Below, piece after piece: positions 18,524 to 27,544 of a stretch of 64,000 nucleotides of DNA. Within the stretch, counting starts at the first letter, position 1; each line of letters opens with the position of its first letter. The position numbers and the translations under genes are program-made. The notes under the pieces are model-generated. The model saw nothing but the letters and a program-made list of their open reading frames with translations. It was not told the origin of the DNA and searched no databases. Source of the DNA: Vulcanimicrobiota bacterium (GTDB lineage Bacteria; Vulcanimicrobiota; Vulcanimicrobiia; Vulcanimicrobiales; Vulcanimicrobiaceae); contig PLLA01000119.1 in assembly GCA_003140835.1 (NCBI GenBank), positions 167,987-231,986 on the forward strand, read 5' to 3'.

Positions 18524-18542
18524 ATCCCAAAAAGGAGACCAC

Positions 18543-18998
18543 GTGCTCAGCGAAGGCGATCGATTACCGGACGTTCGACTGCTCGACGACGAGGGGAACT
18601 CGGTGGCGACGGGCGACTATCTCGGCGGTCCGTTGATCCTGTATTTCTACCCCAAGGACGATACGCCGGGGTGCACCAGCGAGGCGTCGCAGTTTCGCGA
18701 CCTCTACAAGCAATTCCAGAAGAAAGATGCGCGCATCGTAGGCGTGAGTCGCGATACGCCCGAATCGCATCAGAAGTTCAAAAAGAAGTTTTCGATACCG
18801 TTTACCTTGCTCGCCGACACCGAATCGAAACTCTGCGATGCGTTTGGCGTGATCGTCGAAAAGACCATGTACGGCAAGAAGCGGATGGGCATCGCCCGCT
18901 CGACGTTCTTGATCGACGTCAAAGGAAAAATCGTCAAGGTATGGCCTAAGGTCAACGTAGACGAGCATGCGGACGAAGTGCTTGCCGCCCTGTCGTGA
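18543..18998 (+). CDS. bcp: thioredoxin-dependent peroxiredoxin Bcp
   Basis: GTG at 18543 preceded by AAAAAGGAGA. LYFYPKDDTPGCTSEA active site. The upstream part of the track ORF overlaps the channel gene and is rejected. Confidence 0.9.
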   Translation: MLSEGDRLPDVRLLDDEGNSVATGDYLGGPLILYFYPKDDTPGCTSEASQFRDLYKQFQKKDARIVGVSRDTPESHQKFKKKFSIPFTLLADTESKLCDAFGVIVEKTMYGKKRMGIARSTFLIDVKGKIVKVWPKVNVDEHADEVLAALS

Positions 18999-19774
18999 CG
19001 ACGCCGGGCGGCCTGCGCGTGCGCGCGATCGGGTCGAGTCCCTCGGTCCAACGCCCGGGCCGTGCGTGCAGTTCGTACTTAGTGCGCACGCGCGAGGCCT
19101 CCGTGCTGCTCGATATCGGCAGCGGCGCAGTTGGGAATCTTCAACTCGCGATCGAGTATCCGGCGCTGGACGCGATCGTCGTTTCGCACATGCACGCGGA
19201 TCACTTTCTCGACGTGATACCGCTGCGATACGGCCTCACCTACGGGCCGCTGTCGCGCGACGCCCGAATGCCGCTGTGGCTGCCGCCCGGCGGCGCGCAG
19301 ACGTTGCGCCGTCTGTGCCGCGCGTTTACGGGCGAAGGGCAGAAAGACTTCTTGGATGCCGTCTTCGTCGTCGGCGAATACGACCCGGCAGCCACGCTGC
19401 AGGTGAACGACCTGCGCCTCACGTTTAGGCCGGCACTGCACTACGTCGAGTCGTACTCGATCCGAGCCGAATGCGGCGCGGCAAGCGTGACGTATTCGGG
19501 CGATACGGCCCCGTGCGACTCCGTCGTCGAGCACGCGCGAGACTGCGCGCTCTTCGTTTGCGAGGCGACGCTCGGGTTCGGTACCGAGGACGAACCGCGC
19601 GGTCATTCGTCAGCTGCCGAAGCCGGAGAGATGGCCCGGCGCGCGGGCGTCGGGCAACTGGCACTCACGCACTACTATGCGGCCGACGACGCGCAAGCAC
19701 TGGTCGATGCGGCGCGGGCGACGTTCTCCGGACCGGTGTCGGCAATCGACGACGGCGCCGAGTTCACGCTGTGA
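18995..19774 (+). CDS. MBL-fold metallo-hydrolase (RNase Z/ElaC-like)
   Basis: VVSHMHADHFLD motif and a later TH...D pattern. 4-nt overlap with bcp. Confidence 0.8.
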   Translation: MTTPGGLRVRAIGSSPSVQRPGRACSSYLVRTREASVLLDIGSGAVGNLQLAIEYPALDAIVVSHMHADHFLDVIPLRYGLTYGPLSRDARMPLWLPPGGAQTLRRLCRAFTGEGQKDFLDAVFVVGEYDPAATLQVNDLRLTFRPALHYVESYSIRAECGAASVTYSGDTAPCDSVVEHARDCALFVCEATLGFGTEDEPRGHSSAAEAGEMARRAGVGQLALTHYYAADDAQALVDAARATFSGPVSAIDDGAEFTL

Positions 19775-19783
19775 CGGACGCTT

Positions 19784-19870
19784 TGTCATCCTGAGCGGAG
19801 CGCCCGAAGGGCGCGCCGTCGGAGCACTGAAAGGCTCTCCGCGAGCGGGCAGCCTACGAACGCCTTAAAG
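19784..19870. repeat. left-end copy of the GTCATCCTGAGCGGAGC repeat family
   Basis: The first 21 nt, TGTCATCCTGAGCGGAGCGCC, are identical to the left end of the 2103-2329 element. Followed by a GCGCCC-gaa-GGGCGC hairpin. Confidence 0.6.
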
Positions 19871-19885
19871 CAGGCTGCGCCGCGC

Positions 19886-20335
19886 CTATTGCGCGCCGCG
19901 CAAGCAGGTATCGACGGAGGTGATGGTTTTACCACCCGAACGCACCGTTGCGTGCAACGTATATTCCGTCCCCGAGATGCGGTCGAACGTTTCGGCGATG
20001 CTTGCGTCGGGATAGATGCTGCGGTAGGCGATGTGGTTTGGATCCGTGCCGGTCGCGCGCAGGATCGTGACGGTTCCTTGGTCCTCGAAAACGACCGCCG
20101 TCCAGCGGCTACGTCGCGCGTCGTATCCGAGTAACTCTTGGTCGCCGCCGCCCGCCCAGGTAGCGACCTGCCGCAACGTATGGCCGTCGCGTTCGTAAGC
20201 GAACGTGGCGTCGTAGGCCAAGCGTGCCGCTCCCGCGCGGTACGTGCAGTTCCACGTACCGACGAGATAGTGCAGTCCGGCGAGCGGCGATGGCGCTGCC
20301 GGCAACGCCGCAGCAAGCATGAGGGACGCAAGCAT
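19886..20335 (-). CDS. hypothetical secreted protein
   Basis: 149 aa with a hydrophobic N-terminus (MLASLMLAAALPAAPSPLAG) and a beta-rich body. The antisense frame is Arg-rich. No family recognised. Confidence 0.6.
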   Translation of the reverse strand: MLASLMLAAALPAAPSPLAGLHYLVGTWNCTYRAGAARLAYDATFAYERDGHTLRQVATWAGGGDQELLGYDARRSRWTAVVFEDQGTVTILRATGTDPNHIAYRSIYPDASIAETFDRISGTEYTLHATVRSGGKTITSVDTCLRGAQ

Positions 20336-20509
20336 AGCGACAATATTCTACGCACACAGGGGCGCTCCCCGGCCAAAGGGGGCCGGCTGTCCGATCGATC
20401 GTTTTGAACGAATCGCTGATGCGCTCCCGCATGACGCGATAGTACGGTTCTGCGTTTGTGTGTGCGCGCTCGCGCCGTGAGAGCCTAGGACCTCACGTGG
20501 CAAATCGTT

Positions 20510-20571
20510 CTTCGACTACCGCGCTTCGCGCCTCCGTTCAAGATGACAAATCGAGCTCCGCTCAGGATGAG
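20510..20571. repeat. right-end copy plus an extra inverted terminal motif of the same repeat family
   Basis: CTTCGACTACCGCGCTTCGCGCCTCCGTTCAAGATGACAA matches about 35 of 40 positions with 2291-2330. It is followed by GCTCCGCTCAGGATGAG, the reverse complement of the left-end motif. Confidence 0.6.
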
Positions 20572-21515
20572 AAAGCACGTCGGATGATGAGTTGCACGGC
20601 TTCGATGACGAGATCCGGCTGGGAGAGCTGGATGTAGTGTTCGCTGCCGGTGGCAAACACGTGCGGCGTGGACGGTGCGAGATTTACCAGATCGTTTTGC
20701 GCCTCGGCGTATGCGCGATCGATCTCCGGCGCAGTGATGCCCGGCGGCAGCGAATCCGGCGGTATGCGAAAGGGCTCAGTCTTGGTAAGCACGATCAGCG
20801 GCATTTTCCGCAGCGGTGGCGCACTGCGAACTTGGAGCAGGCTGGTTTCGATATCGACCGTCTCGGAGGCGGCTTCCTTGAGCGCGGCAATGGGTTGCCG
20901 AGCAGCCGGCGGGTTGAGAACCGCGCGATAGAGCGGCCAAAGGTCGCCGAGCTTCGCCGGCAGCGCGGGGCTAAACGCGTCAACAAACACGATTCCGCGG
21001 ACGCCGCTCGGATACGTCCGCGCGTACAAGAGGGCGATCAGGCCCCCGAGCGAGTGGCCTACCAGGACGTATGGCGCCGGGACGTGCGCCGCCGCCAGCA
21101 ACGCGTGAAGTTCTCCCGCTAGGTCGCGAACGGTACGCGGTTGCGCAACCGGAGTGCTGCGTTGGGTCAATGGGAAGCCGGTTTCGTAGCGCAGCGTTCC
21201 AGGGCGATCGTAAGCACATACGCGACCGGTGCGCGACAATCCGGCGAATACCACCGGTCCGACCGCTTGCGGAAGAAGCGCTAGATTTCCCGCGCCGGTC
21301 CACGGGTCGGAAGAGTCGTGATACCCCGACACGAGAATGACGGTGGGGCGCTTGGAGTGTGCGGTGCCGGCACAAGCGAGATAAATATGACGCCTGCCCA
21401 CGGTGACACGTTCGGCAACGGGCGCCCCCTGCAGCGACGCGGCGGCGCGTGGCACCGAAAGTATCGAGGCCGTCAAGACGACGGCGAAGGCGGCGGTCCG
21501 GAGCCCGGTATTCAA
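20562..21515 (-). CDS. secreted alpha/beta-fold hydrolase
   Basis: Signal peptide, and the nucleophile elbow VGHSLGG. Confidence 0.8.
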   Translation of the reverse strand: MNTGLRTAAFAVVLTASILSVPRAAASLQGAPVAERVTVGRRHIYLACAGTAHSKRPTVILVSGYHDSSDPWTGAGNLALLPQAVGPVVFAGLSRTGRVCAYDRPGTLRYETGFPLTQRSTPVAQPRTVRDLAGELHALLAAAHVPAPYVLVGHSLGGLIALLYARTYPSGVRGIVFVDAFSPALPAKLGDLWPLYRAVLNPPAARQPIAALKEAASETVDIETSLLQVRSAPPLRKMPLIVLTKTEPFRIPPDSLPPGITAPEIDRAYAEAQNDLVNLAPSTPHVFATGSEHYIQLSQPDLVIEAVQLIIRRAFSS

Positions 21516-22027
21516 TTCTCGGTTTTGGGTTCCGACCGCGGGAGCGAGAACTGAATGAGCGCTGGAATAGGCGCGAAACCCCGGCTGATGACGGCGTACG
21601 GCGTGGCGCGCAATCCCAACTTTTGCAAGCGCGCCACCGCCGCCATCATTTGGCGTCCGCTTGTGACGACGTCTTCGAGTAGGAGCACGTGCTGCCCGGG
21701 TGAGTACGGGCCTTCGACGTACTCATCGGCGAATGCCCCATATCCCTTCGGCTGTTTGCGTACGGCAATCATCGGAATGCCCGAGAGCTGCGACACCGCC
21801 GTCGCAATGACCACGCCGCCCAGCTCCGTGCCGCCGATAATGTCCGGGTTGAGATCTGCGATGATCGTCGTGAACAGCCGCGCGATTCGCCGTAACACGT
21901 GCGGGTCGGCAAATAAAGAGAACTTGTCGATGTAGTAGTCGCTTCGCACGCCGCCGGAAAGAACGTAATCGCCTCGCGTAAGCGCGCGCTCGACGATGAT
22001 CTTTCGCAGCCAAACCAGCTCCGGCAT
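21512..22027 (-). CDS. pyrE: orotate phosphoribosyltransferase
   Basis: Start at ATG 22027 (MPELVWLRKIIVERAL...). PRPP-binding VLLLEDVVTSGRQ. ATGA overlap with the downstream hydrolase. The longer track ORF is rejected. Confidence 0.85.
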   Translation of the reverse strand: MPELVWLRKIIVERALTRGDYVLSGGVRSDYYIDKFSLFADPHVLRRIARLFTTIIADLNPDIIGGTELGGVVIATAVSQLSGIPMIAVRKQPKGYGAFADEYVEGPYSPGQHVLLLEDVVTSGRQMMAAVARLQKLGLRATPYAVISRGFAPIPALIQFSLPRSEPKTEN

Positions 22028-22053
22028 CGGACCGGAGGCCCGCTCGGGGCGGC

Positions 22054-23709
22054 CTAAATGCTCCACTGCCACGCATTCCAGGATTCGGTGACCGGATTGG
22101 GGTCGAACCCCTTGAAGTCGACGCTCAACGGCTCCATCTGACGCGTCCACCAAAAGAAGATTTGGGGATTGTCGCGCGCCATCAGCTCTTGAATTTTGAA
22201 GTAGGCCGACGTTCGCGACGGGCGATCGTAATGGGTGAGGGCGGCGTTCTGGGCAGTTTGCATCTCGGGCGTACAATAGCGCGAATAGTTGTAACCGCCG
22301 GGTGGAACGTTTTGACACATGTACTGCGAGCTATTGTCGGGATCGATGCCCGCATACCAGCCGGCCAGCGAGAGATCGAATTTTCCGAGCTGCAAGATCC
22401 CACCCATTCCGGCCGGCGCGAAGAGCTCGGCGCCGGTGTAGTATTTGATTTCGGTTCCGATGCCGGCTTGCTTGAGCATCGCTTGCAGCTGAAGGCTGGC
22501 CTCGCGGCGGGTAGCGTTGGAGTTATTCGAAACCAGCAGCAGGTCGAGCGGCTGCCCATTCTTGCGCATGATGCCGTCGGGGCCCGGCGCCCAACCCGCG
22601 CCACGCAAGAGTTCCCGCGCCTTGACCGGGTCGTGGGGATAGGATTTGACGGTGGGGTTAAACGCCCACATCCAATCGGGAATGTCCTCGGTGGCGGTCT
22701 TCATGAGGCCATGCGTCAAGGTCGAGGTCAACTGCGGTTTGTCGATTGAGTAGGCGATCGCTTCGCGAACGACCCGATCCGTTAAGAGCGGGCGTGCGAC
22801 GTTCAACTGCACCGATTCGTAGCCGTTGACGTTGACGAAAACCAGCTTGACGTCGCTCGCGGACTGCAGCGCCGGATACGTGTTTGAAGATGCCTGGAAC
22901 ATGTAGTCGATCGCGTGCGTCTTAAAAAGGTTCACCGAAGTGTTCTCGTCGGGAATCACCTTGATGTCGATTCGTGAAAGCCCCGGTTTCCCCATGAAAA
23001 AACCGTCGTTACGGGTGAGGGTAACGCGATCGCCGCGCGACCATTGCACGAAGCGGAAAGGTCCGTCGCTCACGCTGGGTACGGTGTTGAACGGGATCTG
23101 ATTGATGTCGGGATATTTCGATAGCACGTGTGCGGGAGCGACCGGAAACGGCTGGTCGCTCATGGCGAAGAAGGTATTGACGAACGGGGCAAACTTCGAC
23201 TTCAAATGGACGACGACCGTCGCAGCGTTGGGCGTATCGATCGCTCGAATAAAATCGTAGCCGTGCCGGGAAACGATGTTGTTGTTCGGGTTCATGATCG
23301 CTTGCCACGACCACTTGACGTCGGTCGAGGTCACCGGTACGCCGTCGCTCCACTTGGCGTCCGTGCGCAAACGGTAGGTCACCGTCAGACCGTCGGCCGA
23401 GATGCCCCCGTTCTCCGTCGACGGAATGGTGGTTGCCAGCATCGGAACCGGGTTGCCCTTATCGTCCGCCGAGAGCAACGGTTCGAACATCAGAAAGGCG
23501 ATAAATCCGTCGGTCGTGTTCGAGTTCAGCAACGGGTTCAGATTCTTGACGTCGCTTTGCACGGCGACGCGCAGCACGCCAGGCTGGGTCCACGAGTGAC
23601 GGCCGCCGGTCGCTTGCGTTGAAACCTTACTGCATCCTCCGGCAGCCGCGGCCATCGCTGCCACGGTCGCGATGGCGACTATTCGTCGAATCAGCTGCAC
23701 GTCGTGCAT
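22054..23709 (-). CDS. ABC transporter substrate-binding lipoprotein, family 5 (peptide/nickel type)
   Basis: Lipobox AAGGC. Family-5 SBP body. Paralogous to the ORFs at 60517 and 62210 (shared GGRH-WTQPGV and KWSDG/KWQDG motifs). Confidence 0.9.
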   Translation of the reverse strand: MHDVQLIRRIVAIATVAAMAAAAGGCSKVSTQATGGRHSWTQPGVLRVAVQSDVKNLNPLLNSNTTDGFIAFLMFEPLLSADDKGNPVPMLATTIPSTENGGISADGLTVTYRLRTDAKWSDGVPVTSTDVKWSWQAIMNPNNNIVSRHGYDFIRAIDTPNAATVVVHLKSKFAPFVNTFFAMSDQPFPVAPAHVLSKYPDINQIPFNTVPSVSDGPFRFVQWSRGDRVTLTRNDGFFMGKPGLSRIDIKVIPDENTSVNLFKTHAIDYMFQASSNTYPALQSASDVKLVFVNVNGYESVQLNVARPLLTDRVVREAIAYSIDKPQLTSTLTHGLMKTATEDIPDWMWAFNPTVKSYPHDPVKARELLRGAGWAPGPDGIMRKNGQPLDLLLVSNNSNATRREASLQLQAMLKQAGIGTEIKYYTGAELFAPAGMGGILQLGKFDLSLAGWYAGIDPDNSSQYMCQNVPPGGYNYSRYCTPEMQTAQNAALTHYDRPSRTSAYFKIQELMARDNPQIFFWWTRQMEPLSVDFKGFDPNPVTESWNAWQWSI

Positions 23710-23715
23710 CGAGTC

Positions 23716-25752
23716 CTAAACTGCGGCTTTGGGGGCAGCGCGATTACCGGGGACCGGATCGTAGCGTTCGTGGCGCCACGAATACGTGCCGAGGCCTTGG
23801 GTGGCCGTGCGCAACTCGGTGATGTAGCGCGCGAGCTCGACTTGCGGCACGTACGCTTCTACGACGTCGACGCCCGGGCGATCGGTCGGGTTCATGCCGA
23901 GGATTTGGCCGCGTTTTCCAGTCAACTGCTGGATGACGGCCGACGTGTAGGTGGTCGGAACTTCGACTTTCACCGCAACGATCGGCTCGAGCACGACGGG
24001 ATTACATTTTGGTAGCGCGTCGCGAACGCCCATACCGGCCGCGGTTTTGAACGATTGCTCGCTCGAGTCGACGTCGTGATACTGACCGTCGAACAAGGTG
24101 ACGTGCAGGTCCGTAATGGGATGACCGCCGGGACCGTGGGCGAGCGCTTCGCGCACGCCTTTCTCAACTGCGGGAATGAACTGCCGCGGCACGACGCCAC
24201 CGACGATCTTATCCTGGAACGTGACTCCCGCGCCACGCTCGCGCGGTTCGAAACGCAGCCACACGTCGCCGAACTGACCGTGACCGCCGGTTTGATGCTT
24301 GTAGCGCGAATGAATCTCGGCCGAACCAGTGATCGTCTCGAGGTACGGAATCGACGGCGGGGCCGTGTCGACGTCGACCTTGTACTTGCGCGAGAGCCGC
24401 TCGACCGCGATCGAAACGTGTTGCTCGCCGCTGCCGAGGAGCAGAAGTTCGTGGGTGATTTCGGCGCGCTGCAGCCGCAACGCCGGATCCTCATCGACGA
24501 TACGGGCGAGCATCTGAGAAATCTTGGCTTCGTCGATGCGCTCCTTCGGCTTGACCGCAACCGCAAAGACGGGCTCGGCAACCGGAACCCGGGCCAGCAA
24601 GACTTTGTGGCCGTTGGACGTGAGCGTGTCGCCGGTGGCAACCGCTTCCAACCGCGCGAGCGCGACCAGCGAGCCTGCGCCGGCTTCCGGGATCGCTTCC
24701 TGTTTCTTGCCTTGAAGCCGGTATAAGCCGCCGAGGCGCACCTTTTCACCGTCGCGCGTGACGTCGGTAAGGGTCGCGTCGGATTTGAGCGTTCCCGATA
24801 AGATGCGGGCGATCGAGAGCTTTCCGCTCTGCGGATGAATCGTCGTCTTTACCACTTGCGCGATCACCGGACCGGACGGATCGGCCGCGATTTCACGGCC
24901 TTCGGCGTCGACCTTGGGGGCGTCGGCAGGCGAAGGGAACCACTTTTTCATGGCTCGGACCAGAGCGGCGACGCCGGCACCGGAGGCGCCCGATGCGACC
25001 AGGACGGGGACTATTTGATCGTGCGCGCATTCCGTGCGGAGATCGCGTTCGACTTCTTCGAGCGTCGGCTCTACGCCCTCGAGCAGCTCCTCCATGAGAT
25101 GGTCGTCGAAATCCGCCATGGCTTCCAATAACTCGCCGTGCGCATCCCGAGCTTGCTCGTGGACGTCTTCCGGAATAGCGTCTTCGGTTTCGGCGTCGCC
25201 GTCAAATCGCCGCGCGTTCATCTCGGCCAGGTCGACGTAGCCCTGAAACTGCTCGGCGGCGCCGATCGGCAACTGCTCGGCCACTACGTGCCGGCCGTAG
25301 GCGCTCTGGAGCGCCGCCAGCGTGCCGGCGAAGTCGGCTCCAGGGCGGTCCATTTTATTGATGACGAAGAGATGCGGCATGCGCCCCGCTTCGAGATAAT
25401 CGACGACGGCTTGGGTTTGAACGACGCGGCCTGGATCGGCTTCCACCACCACCACCGCGGCGTCGACGCCGCACAGCGCCGCTTTGGTCTCGCCGAAAAA
25501 GTCCACGAATCCAGGGCAGTCGACGATGGTGATGTCGACGTCATCCGCGGTAGCGTGGGCGAACCCGACGGTGGTCGACTGAACGTGCGCGACGTCTTCG
25601 GGCTCGTGATCGGTGACCGTCGAGCCTTCCGCAATCGAACCCCGGCGTCCGATTGCCCCAGTGTGCGCCAAAACGGCCTCCACGAGGGTCGTCTTACCTG
25701 CGTGATGGGGACCTACGAAAGCAATATTGCGTAGGCGAGCGATATCCGCCAT
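23716..25752 (-). CDS. elongation factor G family GTPase (EF-G paralogue, outside the str operon context)
   Basis: G1 GPHHAGKTT, G3 DCPGFVDF, G4 NKMD. 678 aa with EF-G domains II-V. Confidence 0.9.
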   Translation of the reverse strand: MADIARLRNIAFVGPHHAGKTTLVEAVLAHTGAIGRRGSIAEGSTVTDHEPEDVAHVQSTTVGFAHATADDVDITIVDCPGFVDFFGETKAALCGVDAAVVVVEADPGRVVQTQAVVDYLEAGRMPHLFVINKMDRPGADFAGTLAALQSAYGRHVVAEQLPIGAAEQFQGYVDLAEMNARRFDGDAETEDAIPEDVHEQARDAHGELLEAMADFDDHLMEELLEGVEPTLEEVERDLRTECAHDQIVPVLVASGASGAGVAALVRAMKKWFPSPADAPKVDAEGREIAADPSGPVIAQVVKTTIHPQSGKLSIARILSGTLKSDATLTDVTRDGEKVRLGGLYRLQGKKQEAIPEAGAGSLVALARLEAVATGDTLTSNGHKVLLARVPVAEPVFAVAVKPKERIDEAKISQMLARIVDEDPALRLQRAEITHELLLLGSGEQHVSIAVERLSRKYKVDVDTAPPSIPYLETITGSAEIHSRYKHQTGGHGQFGDVWLRFEPRERGAGVTFQDKIVGGVVPRQFIPAVEKGVREALAHGPGGHPITDLHVTLFDGQYHDVDSSEQSFKTAAGMGVRDALPKCNPVVLEPIVAVKVEVPTTYTSAVIQQLTGKRGQILGMNPTDRPGVDVVEAYVPQVELARYITELRTATQGLGTYSWRHERYDPVPGNRAAPKAAV

Positions 25753-25782
25753 CCCACTCTCCTTTTAGGAACCTTTGGGCGC

Positions 25783-27429
25783 CTAGCGGCGCCGAGACGT
25801 TGTTTTTTTCTTGGTCGCCGAACCCTTGCTCGGTGCTTTCGACACTTTACGGGCGGCCTTTTTTGCGGACGCTTTGGGCGCCGCCTTCTTCAGTTTTGCC
25901 GCCACTTTCGATGCGGTTTTCGTTGCGGCTCGCTTTGCGGGCGCGGGTTTCTTCGGCGCCGCTTTGGTGCGCGGCGTTTTCTTTTTGCTTGCGGGGGTCG
26001 CTACCGCGCGAGCGGGCTTCGCGGGCTTACGCGCCGGTCGCGCGCCTTTCGGGCTTTTCACCTGCGCAGGCACACTGGAAGCCTTCGAGCGTAACTTTGA
26101 CGCCTTAGTGGCTGCCTTGAGGGGCGGCGACGCTTTCTTGGCAGCGGCTAACGGTTTCACGGGTGGCTTCTTTTTGTCCGGCGGCGGCGTTGCGGCTCGC
26201 GCGGCTTTGGCCTTGCCCGAAGAAGAGGACGATTCGGCCGTACGCCGCGAGGTGCCCTTAGGCGCGGTCTCGGCACGTTTGCCCGACCGCGAAGGGCCGC
26301 TCGAGCGTTTCGACGCCGCCTCACGCGCGGCGCGGGCATTTTCGCGCCGCGCGGAAGCGGATATTTCGGCTTGCTCGGGGAGACCGAGTTCGGCGCGCCC
26401 ATATCCGGTGATGCTGCTTCCGGGCACGAACGTTTCGCGCGTCTTGGCGTGGGCTTCGAGATGCTCGCGCGTCGCTCGCAACGCGACGCGCGCCAAGCGG
26501 CCGCCGACCGGAAACACGATTTCGTTGATCTTGGCGTCGTCGAGCATTTTCAGCACGACGTCGAAAGCGCTTCCCTGATCTTTCGGGCTGTGAGCGCCGG
26601 AACCGATCGCGATACCAACGCCGAGCGCTTTGGCCTTGCGAACCAGCCGGGCGTTGGCTTCGAGATATTTCTTCTTGAGATCGACCGGGTTGTCGCGATA
26701 CAGGAAGCGCGTGTTGACCTCGACGGCTAAGCCGCGCGAATGACAAACGGTCAACAGGCGATCCTCGTGCTCCTCGAGGCGTTTCTGCGTGGGCCACCGG
26801 CCGAACCGGGCGGGTGAATAGAACTGACCGACGATGTGCGCGGGCAGCTTTTCGAGGTCTTCCAGCAACTTGGTGACGTACAGCTCCCACAAGGTGTCGG
26901 GTTCGACGACGTCGTGGAGTTGCGCGAACTCGTCCGCGCCGAAGGCCCACGCCCAATCGGCGCCCTTCTCGGGATGGTCGATGTTGACGAAGTTCACCGA
27001 CCGGATGATCCCGTCGGGGCGCATGGCGTCGACGATGTTTTGCGCGTCTGGCCTGGCACGCGGATCGTTATCGACCTCCGCGCCAATTGAAAAGCGCATA
27101 CCGCGACGCAGCGCTTCCGAAACGAAGAACGCATGCGGAACGTCGACCCCAGCCGTCTCGGCAGCCCCGTGGAGATCGCCGGCATGCGCCAACTTGAGCG
27201 CGCGGCGGACGGTGTTGACGGCACCTGGATCTTCGAAGGTGAGATAGTTGACGTGGTCGGCCACCATTAAGAAGCGGGGCGAGTTGCGCCGGCATGCGTG
27301 GTAGAACCATAGGAAAAGCATCCGCGCCGAATACGCGATCGGGCGTTCCTCGGCGAAAGGCCGGTGTTCCCCTTTAGCGTGGCCGTTGACGTCGGGGATG
27401 GCGGCAATACGCGGGTCGCTCAGGGTCAC
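25783..27429 (-). CDS. PHP/HisJ-like phosphoesterase domain fused to a roughly 190-aa Lys/Ala/Pro-rich histone-H1-like C-terminal tail
   Basis: GTG start with an AAGGA SD. Motif series ADHVNY, GAEVD, LAVEVNT and GSGAHSP resembles PHP-family phosphatases (moderate confidence). The tail ...KKKPPVKPLAAAKKASPPLKAATKASK...AAPKKPAPAKRAATKTASKVAAKLKKAAPKASAKKAARK... is seen directly. Confidence 0.6.
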   Translation of the reverse strand: MTLSDPRIAAIPDVNGHAKGEHRPFAEERPIAYSARMLFLWFYHACRRNSPRFLMVADHVNYLTFEDPGAVNTVRRALKLAHAGDLHGAAETAGVDVPHAFFVSEALRRGMRFSIGAEVDNDPRARPDAQNIVDAMRPDGIIRSVNFVNIDHPEKGADWAWAFGADEFAQLHDVVEPDTLWELYVTKLLEDLEKLPAHIVGQFYSPARFGRWPTQKRLEEHEDRLLTVCHSRGLAVEVNTRFLYRDNPVDLKKKYLEANARLVRKAKALGVGIAIGSGAHSPKDQGSAFDVVLKMLDDAKINEIVFPVGGRLARVALRATREHLEAHAKTRETFVPGSSITGYGRAELGLPEQAEISASARRENARAAREAASKRSSGPSRSGKRAETAPKGTSRRTAESSSSSGKAKAARAATPPPDKKKPPVKPLAAAKKASPPLKAATKASKLRSKASSVPAQVKSPKGARPARKPAKPARAVATPASKKKTPRTKAAPKKPAPAKRAATKTASKVAAKLKKAAPKASAKKAARKVSKAPSKGSATKKKTTSRRR

Positions 27430-27544
27430 GTATTCCTTCGTATCGCGCTAGGGTCGTCAAAGACGTACGGTGCCACCTTCGCTAAGGTTGGCGCCGACCG
27501 ACCATTCCCCTCCGAAGCGTTCGTAAATGACCGAAAGACGTTCC

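Noticed and set aside
18189-18542. N-terminal extensions of track ORFs. Examples are bcp from 18189, ltaE to 8952, pyrE to 22318, actP to 33933, thpR to 40179, the flavin reductase to 41231, the DUF4337 gene to 52392, the CN-hydrolase to 53575 and pmbA to 46953.
   Set aside because: The extensions are Arg-rich and overlap the upstream gene. The conserved protein begins at an internal ATG or GTG that sits at an ATGA/GTGA junction or behind an SD.
25783-26355. Low-complexity DNA, considered as a tandem repeat or CRISPR-like array. The same applies to the Pro-linker DNA at about 55140-55215 and the PSA-rich region 31380-31700.
   Set aside because: There is no regular repeat-spacer periodicity. 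The periodicity is codon-level (Lys/Ala/Pro codons) inside well-supported ORFs.
27540-27544. GGAAC pentamers (minus strand) after the anti-sigma stop and at 29049-29053 upstream of the sigma gene, considered as ECF -35 elements.
   Set aside because: I could not find a shared -10 (CGTC/CGTT-like) at 16-18 nt in both. A 5-mer alone is not evidence.
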